From positions 2,048,001-2,112,000 of the forward strand of contig CM075993.1 in assembly GCA_038087875.1 (NCBI GenBank): 64,000 bases of DNA, read 5' to 3'. The stretch comes from Malacoraja senta (Eukaryota). The number at the start of each line of letters is the position of its first letter. The first letter of the stretch is position 1. The notes under the pieces were generated by a model that saw only the letters and a list, made by a program, of their open reading frames with translations, made no database searches and was not told the origin of the DNA. Made by a program: the position numbers and the translations under genes. Shown in pieces: positions 50,162 through 62,723 of the stretch.

Positions 50162-50417
50162 CACACACACGCACAAACACACACATACACAGACACACAC
50201 ACTCACACACACACACACACACATACTCACATACGCACACGCACACACACGCACACACAGACACACACACACACACTCACACTCACACACACTCACACAC
50301 ACACACACATACACACACACACGCACACTCACACACACACATGCACACACACATACACACACACACACACACTCACACACACACATGCACACACACACAC
50401 ACACACTCACACACACA

Positions 50418-50469
<52 letters not shown>

Positions 50470-50548
50470 CACTCACATACACACACACACGCACACTCAC
50501 ACACACACCCACACACACACACACGCACACACACACACACACACACAC

Positions 50549-50581
<33 letters not shown>

Positions 50582-50611
50582 TACACACACAGACGCACAC
50601 TCACACGCACG

Positions 50612-50702
<91 letters not shown>
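49781..50702. repeat. Compound (CA)n microsatellite, ~920 bp
   Basis: Directly visible. Confidence 0.97.
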
Positions 50703-50703
<1 letters not shown>

Positions 50704-51569
50704 TTCAGTTGAAGTGTCAGTGAATAGTTGCTAAAGAATGATTTTCATTTCCCCATCACTTCTCATCCTGCCCCGCATTACGGAGTTTTCTCTGCTTAAA
50801 TAGCAAACCCATCAGTGAGTGAAATGGATGTGTTTACGATAGTCTCTCATCACAATAGCTTCCCTGCTGGTTGTACGTAGGGCCTGCCTGCAAATTTAAA
50901 TCTGTATAGTGGAAAGAAATGATTGAAAAAAATCATCACTGACTAACCTACAAAAGTATTATTTTCACTCCCATCACCACGATCCTCCCTTCATAACACA
51001 CATTTCACGTCCGGAGAATGGACTGGTTAAGGAAGATCCTGAATCATGTCTCTTTGTAATGATGTTTCTTTATTCTTCCCGACAATTTATTTTGTCTATA
51101 TGCTCCATCTTTGAATTATATCCATCTCAGCAGGCGGACACTATGATTAAATTAAGAGCCTTCCACATTATGGGATGCCATTATCCAGGTATTTCGCTCA
51201 TCTCACCGTTAACAGAAAATCAGTCTCTGGTGCTTGGCATCAGTCCACGACAAAAGCAAAGTAATAAAAAAGCCTTAAGCTTTCATTTGAAAACAGATTT
51301 CAATTTGGCGGCTCAGAAGACTTCCTAAACTCATGGTAGACAAAAATGCTGGAGAAACTCAGCGGGTGAGGCAGCATCTATGGAGAGAAGGAATAGGTGA
51401 CGTTTCAGGTCGAGACCCTTCTTCAGACTCAAACTCAAACTCAAACTTTAAACTCAGGGAATCTTTAAAAGAAGATGTTGCCTACAGGGGAAAGATTACA
51501 GGTTATAATCTCTCCTGATCGCTGAGCATCCAAAATAAATGAACGTAATATCCTTGAACAATAAGCACA

Positions 51570-51693
51570 AGAGTCAAGAGTGTTTGATCGTCACGTCCCA
51601 GATAGAACAATAACATTCTTACTTGCTGCAGCACAACACAATATGTAAACATCGTACACTGTGGACAATATAATAAACCAGAGCGAAAAAAGC
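51570..51693 (-). mobile_element. Rex1/Babar 3' tail
   Basis: Reverse complement of 59920-60015. Confidence 0.65.
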
Positions 51694-51730
51694 TGTGTGT
51701 GTGTGTGTGTGTGTGAGTGTGTGTGTGTAC

Positions 51731-51781
<51 letters not shown>

Positions 51782-51786
51782 TGTGC

Positions 51787-51843
<57 letters not shown>

Positions 51844-52058
51844 TGTGCGTGTGTGTGTGCGTGTGTGAGTGTGGGTGTGTGTGTGTGTGTGTGTGTGTGA
51901 GTGTGGGTGTGTGTGTATGTGTGTGTGCGTGTGTGTGTGCGTGTGTGTGTGTGTGTGTGTGCGTGTGTGTGCGTGTGTGTGTGCGTGTGTGTGCGTGTGT
52001 GTGTGAGTGTGTGTGTTTGTGTGTGTGTGTGTGAGTGTATGTGTGTGTGAGTGTGTGC

Positions 52059-52095
<37 letters not shown>

Positions 52096-52097
52096 TA

Positions 52098-52141
<44 letters not shown>

Positions 52142-52244
52142 CGTGTGTGCGTGCGTGCGTGCGTGCGTGTGTGTGTGTGTGTGTGTGTGTGAGTATGTGT
52201 GCGTGTGTGCGTGCGTGCGTGCGTGTGTGTGTGTGTGTGTGTGT

Positions 52245-52326
<82 letters not shown>
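51694..52326. repeat. Compound (TG)n microsatellite
   Basis: Directly visible. Confidence 0.97.
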
Positions 52327-52328
<2 letters not shown>

Positions 52329-52843
52329 TAGTTCCCTCATTAGAAATTGGCTCCCAATGCTTCAATGATAAGCGTGAGCCGTCTATCTTGTGTCTATTGT
52401 GTAATTAGAATGAAAGACATGACAGAGTCCGGCTCATACACTGTGATTGAAAGAAGGTACTGGCCTTTCAAAATATCCTATTTCTATTGAGCTGTAAATC
52501 TGTCATTTTGCATTGCTGCCGCCAGCCCATTCTAGGCATCACTCTTCTTTCTCAGTACAGGACGAGTTTTGATAAGAATTCGGAAGTATAAAATGACATT
52601 AAACATTAAACATTTAAATGACGTCAGACAACAGAGTTCATTAATTGTGTTAATTGGCATTCAAATCTTTAAACTTATAATGAAAACTTCCTTAGAATAT
52701 TGAGGAGATTTGTTAAGTCAATAAACATTGAGTGTACTTCTACAGATGTGCATTATTGAACAGCGGGACATGTGGTTTTCCTGGGGGGGGGAGGGCATCG
52801 AACATCGGGGGGGGGTGGGGGGGGGGAAATAACACCTTATTCA

Positions 52844-53071
52844 TGCTGGAGAAACTCAGCGGGTGAGGCAGCATCTATGGAGCGAAGGAAATAGGCAACG
52901 TTTCGGCCCGAAACCCTTCCGGGTTTCGCCCCGAAACGTTACCTATTTCCTTCAGGGTTTCGGGCCGAAACGTTGCCTATTTCCTTCGCTCCATAGATGC
53001 TGCTGCACCCGCTGAGTTTCTCCAGCATTTTTGTCTACCTTCGATTTTCCAGCATCTGCAGTTCTTTCTTA
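52844..53071. mobile_element. pLTR-only fold-back element
   Basis: TSD AACACCTTATTCA/AACACTTTATTCA at 52831-52843 and 53072-53084. Confidence 0.8.
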
Positions 53072-53212
53072 AACACTTTATTCACCTTGGGTTTAATCTT
53101 TATTGATCAGGATTATGTTTATTAACAATATAGAAAAAGAAGAAATGGGATAGAATTACGTATTTTCCGTCTATACAGCATCAAAGTAGCGGGACACCAA
53201 AGTAGACACTTA

Positions 53213-53714
53213 AGGGGCTGTCCCATTTGGGCGACCTAATTGGCGAGTTTAGAAGAGTTTGAAAAAATGACATGTTGAAGACCTCCTTCGACTACGTTGA
53301 AGACTAGCTACAACTAGCTTCCGGAAAATTGGACACCGAATAGTTGAGAGTGAAGACGACCTCCTTCGACCTCCCTTCGACCTCCCTTCGACTATGTTGA
53401 AGACTATCTACGACTACCTTCGACTACCCTCGATTACCTACGACTAACATGCCGACCTACTACGACTAAACTTACGAGTAAAAAAAGTATCGATTTTTTC
53501 CACGGCGACCCTTATTTTACTCGCGGGCATTTTGTAACATATTGAAAAAAACGCCACAACCTAGCTGAGGCCTCGAGTACGCGGAGACCACTCTCGAGCA
53601 TGAAGGAGAGTTACAAAGACCTCCTACGACCTTGTGTCGACCATGCTGCGAGTATGAGTCCAGGGCAAACTCGCCGGAACTCGCGGATTAGGTCGCCCAA
53701 GTGGGACAGCCCCT
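53213..53714. mobile_element. Harbinger-type MITE (502 bp)
   Basis: TIRs AGGGGCTGTCCCATTTGGGCGACCTAAT / ATTAGGTCGCCCAAGTGGGACAGCCCCT; flanks TTA/TAA. Confidence 0.85.
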
Positions 53715-53717
53715 TAA

Positions 53718-54000
53718 CTGTGGAATCACCCATTGTCTGGTTTGACAACTCGAACGCCCAAGAGCGAAGGAAAGTAAAAAGAAGGGTAGACACTCCTTGG
53801 TCCATCACAGGCACAGTCCTCTTCACCGTCGAAGGGATCATAGAAGATACTGCCTCAAAAAGGTGACCGATATCATCAAAGACCCACAACATGCTGGCCG
53901 TGCTCTAATTTCACAGCTACCATTGTCCCAAAGTCTTGACCAGCGGATTTAAGACTAGCTTCTTTCCAAAAGCCATTAGGTTTCTTGAACACAACACAAC
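53718..54000 (+). mobile_element. Degenerate Rex1/Babar fragment
   Basis: IVWFDNSNAQERRKVKRRVDT; ATCATCAAAGACCCACA. Confidence 0.65.
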
Positions 54001-54282
54001 ACTATCCTCATTGTGAAATTCTAGGTTCATGCTGGTTTAAACCGAAAATAGACACAAAAAGCTGGAGTAACTCGGCGGGACAGGCAGCATCTATGGAGAG
54101 AAGGAATGGGTGACGTTTCAGGTGGAGACCCTTCTTCAGAGTCAACCTCTATGGACTGTGTTTGGTACACCAAGGACTTGGGGTTTTGCTTTGCATGAGT
54201 ATTGCAGCTATTAGTTAAATTATTATTTTTTATTTATATAATCTATACTAATTATGGATAAGAATACATATATTATCTAGGT

Positions 54283-54414
54283 GTTTAAGAAAGAACTGCA
54301 GATGCTGAAAAAGGTAGACAGAAATGCGGGAGAAACTCAGTGGGTGAGGCAGCATCTATGGAGAGAAGGAATAGGTGACGTTTCGTGTCGAGACCCTTCT
54401 TCAGATGGATGTGC
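54283..54414 (-). mobile_element. Single pLTR insertion
   Basis: TSD TATATTATCTAGGT at 54269-54282 and 54415-54428. Confidence 0.8.
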
Positions 54415-54459
54415 TATATTATCTAGGTATTTTGTTTGAGTTTTTTCTAGGTTTTATTT

Positions 54460-54768
54460 TTAGAGATACAGCGTGGAAACAGGCCCTTCGGCCCACCGAC
54501 TCCGCGCCGACCAGCGATCCCCGCTCATTAATACTATCCCACACACACTAGGGACAATTTACAATTATACTGACAATTTTACATTTATTACCAAGCCAAT
54601 GGACTCACAAACGTACGTCTTTGGAGTGTGGGAGGAAACCGAAGATCTCGGAGAAAACCCATTCAGGTCATGGGGAGAACGTGCAAACTCCTCACAGACA
54701 GCACCCGTAGTCGGGATCGAACCCGGGTCCCTGGCGCTGTGAGGCAGCAACTCTACTAACGCGGCGCC
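54460..54768 (-). mobile_element. V-SINE
   Basis: Head, core and tail. Confidence 0.85.
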
Positions 54769-55084
54769 TCTTTAAGTAAGTTCCTCCATATCTGGCTTTG
54801 ACAACCTCTCTGCTTCTCAAGGGGTTTGTGCAATTCACTAAGTATCACAATTGAATTTTCGATGTACTTATATTGAGTGATCTTCGCTGAAGACATCATT
54901 ACTAATTCTGGAGCATAGCATTAATCCTCAGCTAACAAATCGATCAAGGTTTTTTTTAAATCTGCAATGTTGTCTTACACTGATCATCCTGTTACAGGAT
55001 ATATGAGCTGTAGGTGAACAGTAGCCACAAAGTGCTGGAGTAACTCAGCGGGTCAGGCAGTATCTCTGGAGAGAAGGAATAGGT

Positions 55085-55112
55085 GACGTTTCGGGTCGAG
55101 ACCCTTCTTCAG
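55085..55112 (-). ncRNA. Hammerhead-like motif, intact core
   Basis: Reverse complement reads CTGAAGAAGGGTCTCGACCCGAAACGTC. Confidence 0.55.
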
Positions 55113-56036
55113 CCTCTGACTATGAGTTGTGAGTGTTCTTTGAAGCATTCCTAGGGGTAAGATGTTATATTATTATGCCAGAACATTTGGGAATAACTGC
55201 TTTATTCTACTTTTTCCTTTTGATTTGCAAACATTGTACCAACACTAAATAAATCCGCAGAGATTCCTTGGATTTCATTTTTCAAAACAGAGGTTCATAA
55301 AATTACGAGAAGCATAGATAGGATAGATAGAATCTTTTATCCCGCTACCAGGGGTATCTAAAACTCGAAGGACAGGTTCAAGGTGAAGATAGACACAAAA
55401 TGCTGGAGTAACTCAGCGGGACAGGCAGCGTCTCCTGAGAGAAGGAATGGGTGACGTTTCGGGTCGAGATCCTTCCTACGCAGGTTTAAGGTGACAGAGG
55501 AGACATTCAAAAAAGATATGAAGGGTGTTATTCATACTGATGGCGATTCAGATCTGGATCGAACTGCTAGTGGAGGTGGTGGAAGCAGATATAATTGCAA
55601 TGCATCAAAGGTCTTTGGACGAGTACTTAGATGGGAAAATATGTTGATATACAGACATAATGACCAAGAAGAAAGTGCTGGAGGAACTCAGAGGCTCAGG
55701 CAGCGACTGGGGAGGGAATGGACAGAAGACGCTTCGGGCTGGGGCCCTTCTTCGGACTGATTGGAGCAGAGGAGGAGGAGGCTTGGAAGGAGGGTTGTGG
55801 TGTAGGAAGGAACTGCAGGTGCTGGTTTAACCCGAAGGTCCACACAAACCGCTGGAGTAACTCAGCGGGACAGGCAGCATCTCTGGAGAGAAGGAATGGG
55901 TGACGTTTCCTTCTCTCCTGACTACATTTTATGATGGCGGAGCAAGGCCGAAGCCCCCTTAGATCTCGAGGCCCTAAGCTTAAGCCTATGAAGCGTATAT
56001 GTAAATCCGGCCCCTGATTTTATCCCTGTACTGTAA

Positions 56037-56212
56037 TGGGCCTGTCCCACTTAGGTGATATTTTGGGCGACTACAGGTGACTGCCGCAAAATTTTCAACA
56101 TGTTGAACATTTTTTGGCGACAATTTTTGATGTCGTAGCTTGTCGTAGGTGAATTCCATTAAAACTAGTCCCTGGCAGTCGCCTCAAGAGTCGCCTAAGT
56201 GGGACTGGCCCT
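56037..56212. mobile_element. Harbinger-type MITE (176 bp)
   Basis: TGGGCCTGTCCCACTTAGG / CCTAAGTGGGACTGGCCCT; flanks TAA/TTA. Confidence 0.75.
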
Positions 56213-56674
56213 TTAATAATGGGAGTAATATCAGAAAATAACCAAGTCTGAAAAGTGGAAAATAATTTAAACCATTCAACCATCTAGATTGTGACATGGA
56301 ATTCACAGCTGAGTTGCAGTTCTATTGGTCATGTCATGCACAGCTAATCTTCTTGTTGGGTATATATTTTCCGTGCGACACTCTCTACTGTGTCCCTGCT
56401 GCGTAACAATGTTCAGATCACAGATTCACAGCCGTCTTCCACCCTAATTGAGCAGAACTATTTTTTCCTGAGACTAATGGTGGCAGATGAGCAGTGGAAA
56501 GGCATGCATTAATAACAGAGACTGGAACAGTAGCCATGTACTGTAAGGAGCAACCAGGCCTCATTACTAAAACAACCTCGACCACTTCCTCACTGAACAT
56601 GGATCCCCTGCCAAGGTGGCTGTTATGTTATTATTTAATGTTATTGGATTTAGTTTAAGAACACTGTGTTTTGA

Positions 56675-57360
56675 GGTCACAGTGTAAGAATAAGGGGTTA
56701 GGCCATTTAGGACTGAGATGAGGAAACACTTTTTCACCCAGAGAGTTGTGAATCTGTGGAATCCTCTGCCACAGAAGGCAGTGGAGGCCAATTCACTGGA
56801 TGTTTTCAAGAGAGATCAGATATAGCTCTTGGGCTAATGGAATCAAGGGATTTTCCATGAATGGACACGCTGTACCTGCTGCATCACTGTGCATCATGAG
56901 GACCATGGCTTTATTTCAAGGAGGGTTATGGTCTGAGCGCAGGTATATGGGACTAGGGGAGAATACGTGTTCGGCACGGACTAGAAGGGTCGAGATGGCC
57001 TGTTTCCGTGCTGTAATTGTTATATGGTTATATGGTTAAGTCATTATATTCAGCGATGTAGAGTGTGTCCGGACAAACATAGAAAATAGGTGCAGGAGTA
57101 GGCCATTCAGCCCTTCGAGCCATCACCGCCATTCACTGTGATCATGGCTGATCACCTAAAATCAGTACCCCGTTCCTGCTTTTCCCCCATATCCCTTGAT
57201 TCCATTAGCCCCAAGAGCTAAATCTAACTCTCTCTTGAAAGCATCCAGTGAATTGGCCTCCACTGCCTTCTGTGGCAGAGAATTCCGCAGATTCATAACT
57301 CTCTGGGTTTAAACGTTTATCTTCATCTCAGTCCTAAATGGCCTTCCCCTTATTCTTAAT
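56675..57360. mobile_element. Cluster of CR1 3' fragments (56675-56850 +, 56920-57040 +, 57075-57360 -)
   Basis: CR1 C-terminal coding and 3' UTR motifs. Confidence 0.75.
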
Positions 57361-57582
57361 ATCTTTAGATCTTCAAGGAACATGTTTTGCTGCTCGCCGC
57401 TCTGTAATTTTCCCAGATTTTTAAAGAGCACAAGCGCATCTTGACCTAGATTTTGTTCCCCTTAATAAATTATTAACCTGATATTTCTCACCAATAATCA
57501 GGCCAAAAATATATTTCTGGAACCCATTTCACTTTCATTTCTCACACAACAACAACTTCATTTTATATAGCACCTTTAACCA

Positions 57583-58420
57583 TTCTGTCCTGGGCCTCCT
57601 CCATAGCCAGAGTGAGGCCAAACGCAAATTGGAGGAACAGCATCTCATATTTCGCTTGGGCAGCTTACACCAAAGATCCTATAGCGAGCAAGATAGTCCA
57701 CTCAACGAAAAAGACGTAGTACGGTCACGGGCAGATTCATGGGTAATTTTCGGCCCCATTTCCGTAACCGGCTTCCGTCTCCGCACCAAAGATCCCGTCA
57801 TAGCGGAGCAAAGATAACTAGTGCGGAGACGGAAGCCGGTTACGGAAACATCCTCGTAAAAATAAAAGTTCTTTGGTAAAAATCTTCTCCTCATTTTCAG
57901 AATTATAATTTATTAACACAAACTGTTCCCCCGCAACGTTGATTACACTGCGGGTCGGGTCGGGTTTGTTCCGGTTACGGAAATGGATGAAAAAAAGGCC
58001 CACGTTACGTTCCGTTGCGTACTACACGTCACCCCATTGCATTTAGCAGGAGTGGTCTATCTTGCTCCGCTATAGGATCTTTGGCTTACACCCCAGTGAT
58101 ATGAATATTTATGTCTCTAACTTCAAGTAACCCCTGCTTTCCTTCTCTCTCCATCCCCTCCCCCACCCCAGTTGTTGTGCTAGTTTCATTGTTGTCCTGG
58201 TGACTTTCTAACATTGGCCCATTTCCTTGATCATTGTTACTTCTTCACATATCTTTCATTCATTTGTTCTACATTTCTCGAATTCACCGTCTATATCTCT
58301 CCTTTCCCTTTCCCCTGACTCTCAGTCTGAAGAACCGCCTCGGCCCAAGACATTAACTATTCCTTCTCTCCAGAGAAGCTGCCTGGCCCGCTGTGTTACT
58401 CCAGCTTTCTGTGTCTATCT
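57583..58420 (+). mobile_element. Penelope-like 3' end interrupted by a DNA transposon
   Basis: SVLGLLHSQSEAKRKLEEQHLIFRLGSLH, resuming after 58091; UTR and degenerate pLTR follow. Confidence 0.8.
57671..58083. mobile_element. Non-autonomous DNA transposon with 8-bp TSD (copy 2)
   Basis: Same TIRs as copy 1; perfect TSD GCTTACAC at 57663-57670 and 58084-58091. Confidence 0.9.
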
Positions 58421-58452
58421 TGAAAACTGGTATCATCCCCTAATATGAGACA

Positions 58453-58745
58453 TTTCCACTAGTGGGAGAGTCTAGGATTAGATGCCACAGCCTCCCAATT
58501 AAAGGATGCTCCTTTAGGAAGGAGATGAGGAGGAATTTCTTTAGTCAGAGGGTGGTGAATCTGTGGAATTCTTTGCCACAGAAGGCTGTGGAGGCCAAGT
58601 CAGTGGATATCTTTAAGGCAGAGATAGATAGATTCTTGATTAGTGCGGGTGTCAGAGGTTATGGGGAGAAGGAAGGAGAATGGGATTAGGAGGTAGAGAT
58701 AGAAGGGCTGAAGGGCCTCTTTCTGGCCGGGTGTCTCTATGATTC
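58453..58745 (+). mobile_element. CR1 3' fragment
   Basis: FRKEMRRNFFSQRVVNLWNSLPQKAVEAKS. Confidence 0.85.
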
Positions 58746-59204
58746 TTTGACTTTAAGAAATAGAAAGAGACAGAGAGATTTAGAGAGAGAAATAGTTGAA
58801 AAAAGAACCGGTGTACCTCTTTGTAAAAGCTGCAGAAGAAAGCTTTCAGGATAAGATGTCATGAATTATTTTCGAACTCACTGACAGGATTTCTTGATGG
58901 TCCACAGCTGTATTGAAACCAATAACGGAATATGAATACCGGAAAGACTTTGAAGTGAAGTAATTGTGTGGGTGATTTGAGGCCTTTGATGATACACTGA
59001 CCCAGCATAGATTATATGTGATAAAACAGAGAACTATAATACCTTGTGAAAGGATCAGGAAACATCAGGGCTCCCCGTATCTTGTACTGATGGAGTCGTT
59101 CTGGGAAACCCAGAGCCAGCAATCCATAAACAGCAATCTTTTTAATAAAGTTATATATTATTGGTTTTTATTATTGTTGTTATCGCACTAGTATAGTTTA
59201 TTTT

Positions 59205-59221
59205 TTGTGTGTACATAGTTA

Positions 59222-59259
<38 letters not shown>

Positions 59260-59264
59260 GTGTG

Positions 59265-59314
<50 letters not shown>

Positions 59315-59336
59315 TGTGTGTGTGTGTGTGCGTGTG

Positions 59337-59377
<41 letters not shown>

Positions 59378-59504
59378 GTGTGTGTGTGTATATACATATA
59401 TATATGTGTGTGTGTGCGTGTGTGTGTGTATATATGTGTGTGTGTATGTGTGTGTATATATATGTGTGTGTGTGTGTGTATATATATATGTGTGTGTGTG
59501 TGTG

Positions 59505-59547
<43 letters not shown>

Positions 59548-59566
59548 GTGTGTGTGTGTGCGTGTG

Positions 59567-59607
<41 letters not shown>

Positions 59608-59608
59608 G

Positions 59609-59641
<33 letters not shown>

Positions 59642-59817
59642 ATGTGTGTGTGTGTATATATATGTGTGTGTGTGTATATGTGTGTGTATATATATGTGTG
59701 TGTGTGTATATATGTGTGTGTATATATGTGTGTGTGTATATATGTATGTGTGTGTGTGTGTGTATATATGTATATATATATGTGTGTGTATGTGTGTATA
59801 TATATATAGGCATGTGA

Positions 59818-59879
<62 letters not shown>

Positions 59880-59880
59880 T
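59205..59880. repeat. Compound (TG)n/(TA)n microsatellite, followed by a Rex1 tail (59880-60015)
   Basis: Directly visible; tail GGGACACATGACGATCAAACACTCTTGAC. Confidence 0.95.
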
Positions 59881-60149
59881 GTGTACTTGTGAGTATATTT
59901 GTGAGTATACTTTTCCTCTGGTTTATGTACTATGTGTACATATTGTGTTGTGCTGCTGCAGTAAGAATGTCATTGTTCTATCTGGGACACATGACGATCA
60001 AACACTCTTGACACTTGCTAAATGTTTTCTGCTGGATATCAAAGAGCCTTTATAACAGCACACAACCAACACTGAGAATATACCCAGTTATTTCTTGGGT
60101 GTAGGTTTATGCTTATTATTGTCATGTGTACTGAGGTACAGTTTACTTT

Positions 60150-60428
60150 GGGCAACCCAGCGGTATGAATATTGATTTCCTCTAACTTCGAGCAACCCTT
60201 GCTTTCCCTCCCTCTCCGTCCCTACCCCACCCTAGTTCTCCGACTAGTTTCACTGTCCTCCTGATTCATTTTACTGATTCTATGCCCCATTATCTCGTCA
60301 CTCTGGTCTCCCTCTCCCCTGACTTTCAGTCTGAAGAAGGGTCCCAACCCAAAACGTTGCCCATTCCTTCTCTCCAGAGATGCTGCCTGTCCCGCTGAGT
60401 TACTCCAGCATTTTGTGTCTATCTTCAG
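60150..60428 (+). mobile_element. Penelope-like 3' end with pLTR
   Basis: CCCAGCGGTATGAATATTGATTTC, UTR, CAGTCTGAAGAAGGG. Confidence 0.8.
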
Positions 60429-60494
60429 TGCAAAACAACACCTTTACACATCAGGAGACTTAGAACTTACAGTGTCATAAAATACATCAGGTGT

Positions 60495-60797
60495 AGTTTA
60501 GTTTAGTTTGGAGGTACAGAGCGGAAACAGGCCCTTCGGCCCACCGAGTCCGCACCGACCAGCGATCCCCGCACATTAACACTACCCTACACACACCAGG
60601 GACAATTTACACTTATACCAAGCCAATTAACCTACAAACCTGTGGAGTGTGGGAGGAAACCAAAAATCTCATAGAAAACCCACACGGTCACGGGGAGAAC
60701 GTACAAACTCCGTACAGACAGCATCCGTAGACGGGATCGAACCCGGGTCTACTGGCGCCGTGAGGCAGCAACTCTACCGCTGCGACACCGTGCCGCT
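60495..60797 (-). mobile_element. V-SINE, full length
   Basis: Head, core and tail. Confidence 0.9.
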
Positions 60798-61479
60798 CTC
60801 TCAGGGGGAGAAAAACGTGTGGAGGTGATTGCTTCATTTTTTAAATCTAATTCTTCCGTGACATTTTCCAAAAGCATATCACCTCCCCACGCAATGGTCA
60901 CTTCTCTTTCAGTAGAAAGGCCCGCTAATTAGAATTTAAACAGAGTCCCGGCTTCGATCCTGACCTCGGGCCTAACAATGCTCCACTTCATCAACCCAGC
61001 CACAGTGAAGAAATCTCAACGCCACTCATCAAAGCCGTGAGCCCATGTGTATTCTCCGTCTCAGGCATCAGATTGTTATCATCAAAAAAAATTCTTGGAT
61101 GAAGAAAGAAGCAATTGGTGACTGAGGGCCTTCAAATGGAGATTGATATCTTCTTATTTCCTCTTGGCTTTTTTTTTATAGTTCTCTGCTGTTGCCTGCT
61201 CGATCTTATGGCATTTCCTAGTAACTGTCTGATGAGTGATGAAGGAGACTTGTTTTTGATAGCAGCTGTAAACACACTGCTGAAGAGTTGTGCTCCGAAC
61301 ATTATCCATCGTGTTTCAGACCACAATATCCGGCATAGCCTCCATTAAATGATATCAAATGTGTATCTGTGTTTATTTTTAATTCTTCCATGACGAGCCG
61401 CCATCTGTTAGCCATCCATAACTTCCCTGCAATCTACAGATTGCCTTCCTGATTCAGAACACATTTAATAGACGACAAA

Positions 61480-61640
61480 CGGGTGGTACAGCGCTAGAGT
61501 TACTGCCAGAGACCCGGGTTCTATCCTGGGTCTCGGGTTCTTGTCTGTGTGGAGTTTGTCCGTTCTCCCTGTGACTGCGTGGGTTTTCTCCGGGTGCTCC
61601 GGTTTCCGCCCACACGTGCGGGTTTATGGGTTAATTGGCT
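61480..61640 (+). mobile_element. V-SINE fragment
   Basis: Degenerate head and core. Confidence 0.7.
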
Positions 61641-61699
61641 TGTGTTATTTACCACACTGAGTCCACACTGACCATCGATCACTCATTTACACTAGTTCC

Positions 61700-62080
61700 A
61701 TATTTTGAAGCGGCCAGGAAGCAAGCGGGCAAGATCATCTCTGACCCCTCTCACCCTGGCCACAAACTCTTTGAATCACTTCCCTCTGGAAGGCGACTCC
61801 GGACTGTCAAAGCTGCCACAGCCAGACATAAAAACAGTTTTTATCCACGAGTAGTTGGTCTACTCACAGCCAAAAATCTGTAGCCTCCCTTTGATCTGGT
61901 ATTTTGTTGGTTCACATGCTTGATCAATGGTGTTTTATCATTAATGTTTTATTATTATTAATCTTTAGTGTTTTCTGAGTCATTCGTAACTGTCACTGTA
62001 TGTCATGTTGTTACTTGTGGGCGGAGCACCAAGGCAAATTCCTTGTATGTGAATACTTGGCCAATAAACTTATTTACTTA
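61700..62080 (+). mobile_element. Rex1/Babar 3' fragment
   Basis: ARKQAGKIISDPSHPGHKLFESLPSGRRLRTVKAATARHKNSFYP; tail TTGGCCAATAAACTT. Confidence 0.85.
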
Positions 62081-62109
62081 TCTCACTTTCGCATCCACTC
62101 CCTGCACAC

Positions 62110-62390
62110 TCGGAGTTGCTGCCTTACAGCGCCAGAGACCCGGGTTCGATCCTGCCTACGGATGCTGTCTGTACGGAGTTTGCCCGTTCTCCCATGTGAC
62201 TGCGTGGGTTTTCTCCGGGTGCTCCGGTTTCCTCCCGCATTCCAAAGACGTGCGGGTTTGTGGGTTAATTGGCTGCAGGTTACATTGTAAATTGGCCCCA
62301 GAGTGTAGGAAAGTGCTAGTGTACGGGGTAATCGTTGGTTGGCGTGGACTCGGTGGGCTGAAGGGCCTGTTTCCACTCTGTACCTCCAAA
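62110..62390 (+). mobile_element. V-SINE
   Basis: Partial head, core and tail. Confidence 0.85.
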
Positions 62391-62723
62391 CCTCCTGTAA
62401 GTAAAAGCTGCAAGGAAAATGTTGTTAATCTTACACAGCCCAGCTTCAGGGAAGTCCAGTGGTGAGGAATAGATTATAAATGGAGCCGAGAAAATTCCAA
62501 TTTGCCACACAAGCATAAAATTGGGGATAAGATAACCGATGTGGAATCAGATTCCCATCGGAGAAAGCACTAGCTGTCAGTTGTGGTGAAACCAAAGGAC
62601 ATGTTCATCAGACGGATTCAATTACAACAGAGATCTCTATCACAAACCTGCTTACATTGAAAATCGACTTTCTTTTTTTCATCCACAGCGAAAATATTCC
62701 ACTGAGCAGAACTCACTCAACCC

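Noticed and set aside
49704..52408. His/Thr-rich and Cys/Val-rich long ORFs (also 44439-45088 and 59151-60011)
   Set aside because: Dinucleotide microsatellite artefacts.
55930..56016. hAT-like terminal sequence TAAATCCGGCCCCTG
   Set aside because: No matching left TIR or TSD found.
58800..59130. Possible exon or processed pseudogene
   Set aside because: The forward frames I translated hit stops within about 20 codons; no recognisable protein.
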